DNA of 11,007 nucleotides from a bacterium (lineage in GTDB: Bacteria > Hinthialibacterota > Hinthialibacteria > Hinthialibacterales > Hinthialibacteraceae), in NCBI GenBank assembly GCA_041946805.1, contig JBHGBC010000184.1, positions 1-11,007 on the forward strand, read 5' to 3'. Position numbers and translations under genes: made by a program. Below are positions 8,724 to 11,007 of the stretch, in pieces (the stretch's first letter is position 1; each line of letters begins with the position of its first letter). Under the pieces are notes generated by a model. That model did not search any database. It saw nothing but the letters and a program-made list of their open reading frames with translations, and was not told where the DNA came from.

Positions 8724-8956
8724 GGCGGGATGGAGTACTGCATCCAACGCAATTAGGCCGGATACAAAGAAAGGATTTTCTTGCGTCGTTTCATCCATAT
8801 ACTGTGTCCGATCCGGGCAGCCCATCGATCCTGATTCGAGCCTGAGTCACATCCTTTCCCCGAAATGATAAACAGGGATAAGGAAATCTTCCCCCACGAT
8901 TCGATCTGTCCGATCCCAAAACACCAGGACAAAATTTCTGTTTGATCCGCGGGTTG

Positions 8957-8985
8957 TTTACAGGCATCCCGATCCCGAATACAAT
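8957..8985 (+). promoter_or_regulatory. Putative sigma70 promoter for eda
   Basis: TTTACA (8957-8962), 17-bp spacer, TACAAT (8980-8985), 41 bp upstream of ATG 9027. Confidence 0.65.
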
Positions 8986-9026
8986 CGGACATCGCTTTTT
9001 CATCATCTCAGACGCAGGAAACTCCC

Positions 9027-9689
9027 ATGATCACACCCCAACGCAGAGACCGGAACCTCCAAATTATTCTCGATACCGGCATCATCGCGGTGATCCGCGC
9101 CCAGAGCAGCGAACAGCTGGTGGACGTGGCCAAGGCCCTGCGCGAGGGCGGCGTCAAGGCCATCGAGGTGACCATGACCACCCCCAACGCGCTCGAGGTC
9201 ATCCGCCAGGTGTCCGCGCTGATGAAGGACGATTGCGTCATCGGCGTGGGCACGGTGCTGGATCCCGAAACCGCCCGCGCCGCCATTCTCGCCGGAGCGG
9301 AATTCGTCGTGGCCCCCACGCTGAATCTTAACACCATCCAAATGTGCCGGCGTTACTCGGCCCTTTGCGTTCCCGGAGCGTACACGCCTACCGAAATCCT
9401 AACCGCCTGGGAATCCGGGGCGGATATCGTCAAAGTGTTCCCCGCCACCGGCCTGGGACCGGAATATTTCAAGGATATCCTCGGCCCGCTACCGCAAATC
9501 CGCTTGTCCCCCACCGGTGGGGTGAGCCTGGAGACGGTCGCCGCGTTCATCAAGGCAGGAGCCTGCGGCGTGGCGGTGGGCGGCAATCTCGTCTCGAAGA
9601 AAGCCCTGGCGGAAAAAGACTGGAAGGGCGTCACCGAAACCGCCCGGCAGTTCATCCAGAAGATCCAAGAAGCCCGGGCGAAGAAATGA
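9027..9689 (+). CDS. eda: 2-keto-3-deoxy-6-phosphogluconate / 4-hydroxy-2-oxoglutarate aldolase
   Basis: 220 aa; IIAVIR, IEVTMTTP, IGVGTVL, GAEFVVAP, PGAYTPTEI, VKVFPA (Schiff-base Lys), GPLP, PTGGVS. Confidence 0.93.
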   Translation: MITPQRRDRNLQIILDTGIIAVIRAQSSEQLVDVAKALREGGVKAIEVTMTTPNALEVIRQVSALMKDDCVIGVGTVLDPETARAAILAGAEFVVAPTLNLNTIQMCRRYSALCVPGAYTPTEILTAWESGADIVKVFPATGLGPEYFKDILGPLPQIRLSPTGGVSLETVAAFIKAGACGVAVGGNLVSKKALAEKDWKGVTETARQFIQKIQEARAKK

Positions 9690-9742
9690 AGCGGAACCGG
9701 CCGCCCACGCAATTGTTTGTTGGATAGTAACCAGGAAAAATA

Positions 9743-9770
9743 GCAGGGGCACGTTGCTACATGCCCCTAC
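9743..9770 (-). repeat. GTAG-family REP-like palindrome, copy 2
   Basis: Minus strand GTAGGGGCATGTAGCAACGTGCCCCTGC; 24/28 identical to 374-401. Confidence 0.7.
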
Positions 9771-9872
9771 GGGGGATTCGACAGACGCTGTAATCGCGAA
9801 AAAAGAAGCGATCTCGGAGGAAAGATTTTTTCCGGTGCCGCCTGTTTGTGTTTTTATGTTTGTATTTTTAAA

Positions 9873-9896
9873 CTAGCCCAGGGCTTCAGCCCTGGG
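9873..9896 (+). repeat. REP-like hairpin
   Basis: CTAG-CCCAGGGC-TTCA-GCCCTGGG has a perfect 8-bp stem and 4-nt loop; same layout as 235-258. Confidence 0.55.
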
Positions 9897-9944
9897 ATGG
9901 CTAATGGGCACCCAATCAATCATTGCAAGGAGAAAAGAACCATC

Positions 9945-10931
9945 ATGGCTGAGCTGGTAACGTTTGGTGAAGCAATGGTCCGCCTGGCGCCGCCGGATTT
10001 CATGCGCCTGGAGCAGACAACCACGCTGGACGTGAAGATCGGCGGGGGCGAATACAACGTCGCGGTGGCGGCCAGCCGCCTGGGCCTAAGCAGTTCGTTC
10101 ATCAGCCGCCTGACCGACAATCCCCTGGGGCGGATGATCGCCAACAAGGCGCGCGAGCATGGGGTGGACACTTCGCATGTCGTTTGGACCAAGGAAGACC
10201 GGGCGGGGCTGTATTTCGTGGAATTCGGCGCCAAGCCCCGGGCCAGCAGCGTGCTCTACGACCGCAAGAACTCGGCCATCAGCAATATCGAGCCGGGCAT
10301 GGTCAACTGGGACGCGGTCTTCGCCGGGGCCAAGTTCTACCATGTCAGCGGCATCACTCCCGCGCTCTCGGCCAGCGCCGCCGACACCACCAAGGAATCG
10401 CTGCAAAAAGCCAAGGAACATGGCGTCACGGTGAGCGTGGACCTCAACTACCGCTCCAAACTCTGGTCGGAAGAAGAAGCGCAGGCCTGCATGACCGATC
10501 TAATGCAATACACCGACATCCTCATCACCACCGAGGAAGACACGGAGAGGGTCTTCAAGATCACGGGCCAGAATTTCGAGGAAGTCGCGCGTAAACTGCG
10601 CGAACGATTTGGCTTCACCGCCGTGGCCATCACTCTGCGGGAAACCATGTCCGTGTGGCGGAACAACTGGTCCGCCATCGTGCTCTACGACGGCAAGATC
10701 CACGCGGCGCCCACGTATGAGGTGGAAATCGTCGACCGGATCGGCGGGGGCGATTCGTTCTCGGCGGGCTTCCTCTACGGTTTCGCCAAGGGCGATGTCG
10801 ATTACGCGGTGAAATTCGGCGTGGCTTACTCGGCGCTCAAGCATTCCATCCCCGGCGACCTGAACTGGGCCACCAAGGCCGAGGCGGAAGCCCTCATGAA
10901 GAGCGAGGGCAATCTGCGCATCGTGCGTTGA
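9945..10931 (+). CDS. kdgK: PfkB-family sugar kinase, 2-keto-3-deoxygluconate kinase-like
   Basis: 328 aa from ATG 9945 (AAGGAG at 9927-9932). Motifs TFGEAMVRL, GGGEYNVA, GLYFVE.G..PR.S.VLYDR, SGITPALS, DLNYRSKLW, VDRIGGGDSFSAG. Adjacent to eda. Confidence 0.9.
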   Translation: MAELVTFGEAMVRLAPPDFMRLEQTTTLDVKIGGGEYNVAVAASRLGLSSSFISRLTDNPLGRMIANKAREHGVDTSHVVWTKEDRAGLYFVEFGAKPRASSVLYDRKNSAISNIEPGMVNWDAVFAGAKFYHVSGITPALSASAADTTKESLQKAKEHGVTVSVDLNYRSKLWSEEEAQACMTDLMQYTDILITTEEDTERVFKITGQNFEEVARKLRERFGFTAVAITLRETMSVWRNNWSAIVLYDGKIHAAPTYEVEIVDRIGGGDSFSAGFLYGFAKGDVDYAVKFGVAYSALKHSIPGDLNWATKAEAEALMKSEGNLRIVR

Positions 10932-11007
10932 CACACGTTGATTGAGAAGGATCATCCGGGAAGTGCGTACCTTATGAGGCAATACCGATTCCATCCACTC
11001 CGGGATG

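Noticed and set aside
9819..9833. NrpR-like box GGAA-N7-TTCC upstream of kdgK
   Set aside because: Wrong spacing and no nitrogen-related context.
9846..9944. N-terminal extension of the kdgK ORF
   Set aside because: The PfkB fold starts at MAELVTFGE with an SD before 9945; the extension runs through a repeat hairpin.

Overview
GC-rich bacterial chromosomal window with no mobile-element genes. Left to right: tRNA-Leu(CAA); a minus-strand pair of NADP-type glutamate dehydrogenase (gdhA) and a fused NfnA-NfnB-like flavoprotein; a ~730-bp divergent control region; a plus-strand pair of an NrpR-family (wHTH + DUF128/NRD) regulator and an 884-aa PEP-synthase-like protein; then eda and kdgK. The best candidate for an under-described system is the nfnAB-gdhA <-> nrpR-'dikinase-like' cluster. 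The 884-aa protein appears to be a degenerate KaiC/RecA-like domain, an ATP-grasp domain and a small His-containing C-terminal domain, with no pyruvate-binding barrel. An exact archaeal-type NrpR operator (GGAA-N6-TTCC) fills the spacer of a near-consensus sigma70 promoter for gdhA. GTAG-type REP-like hairpins occur in intergenic regions. All family assignments come from motif recognition by eye; no searches were run.
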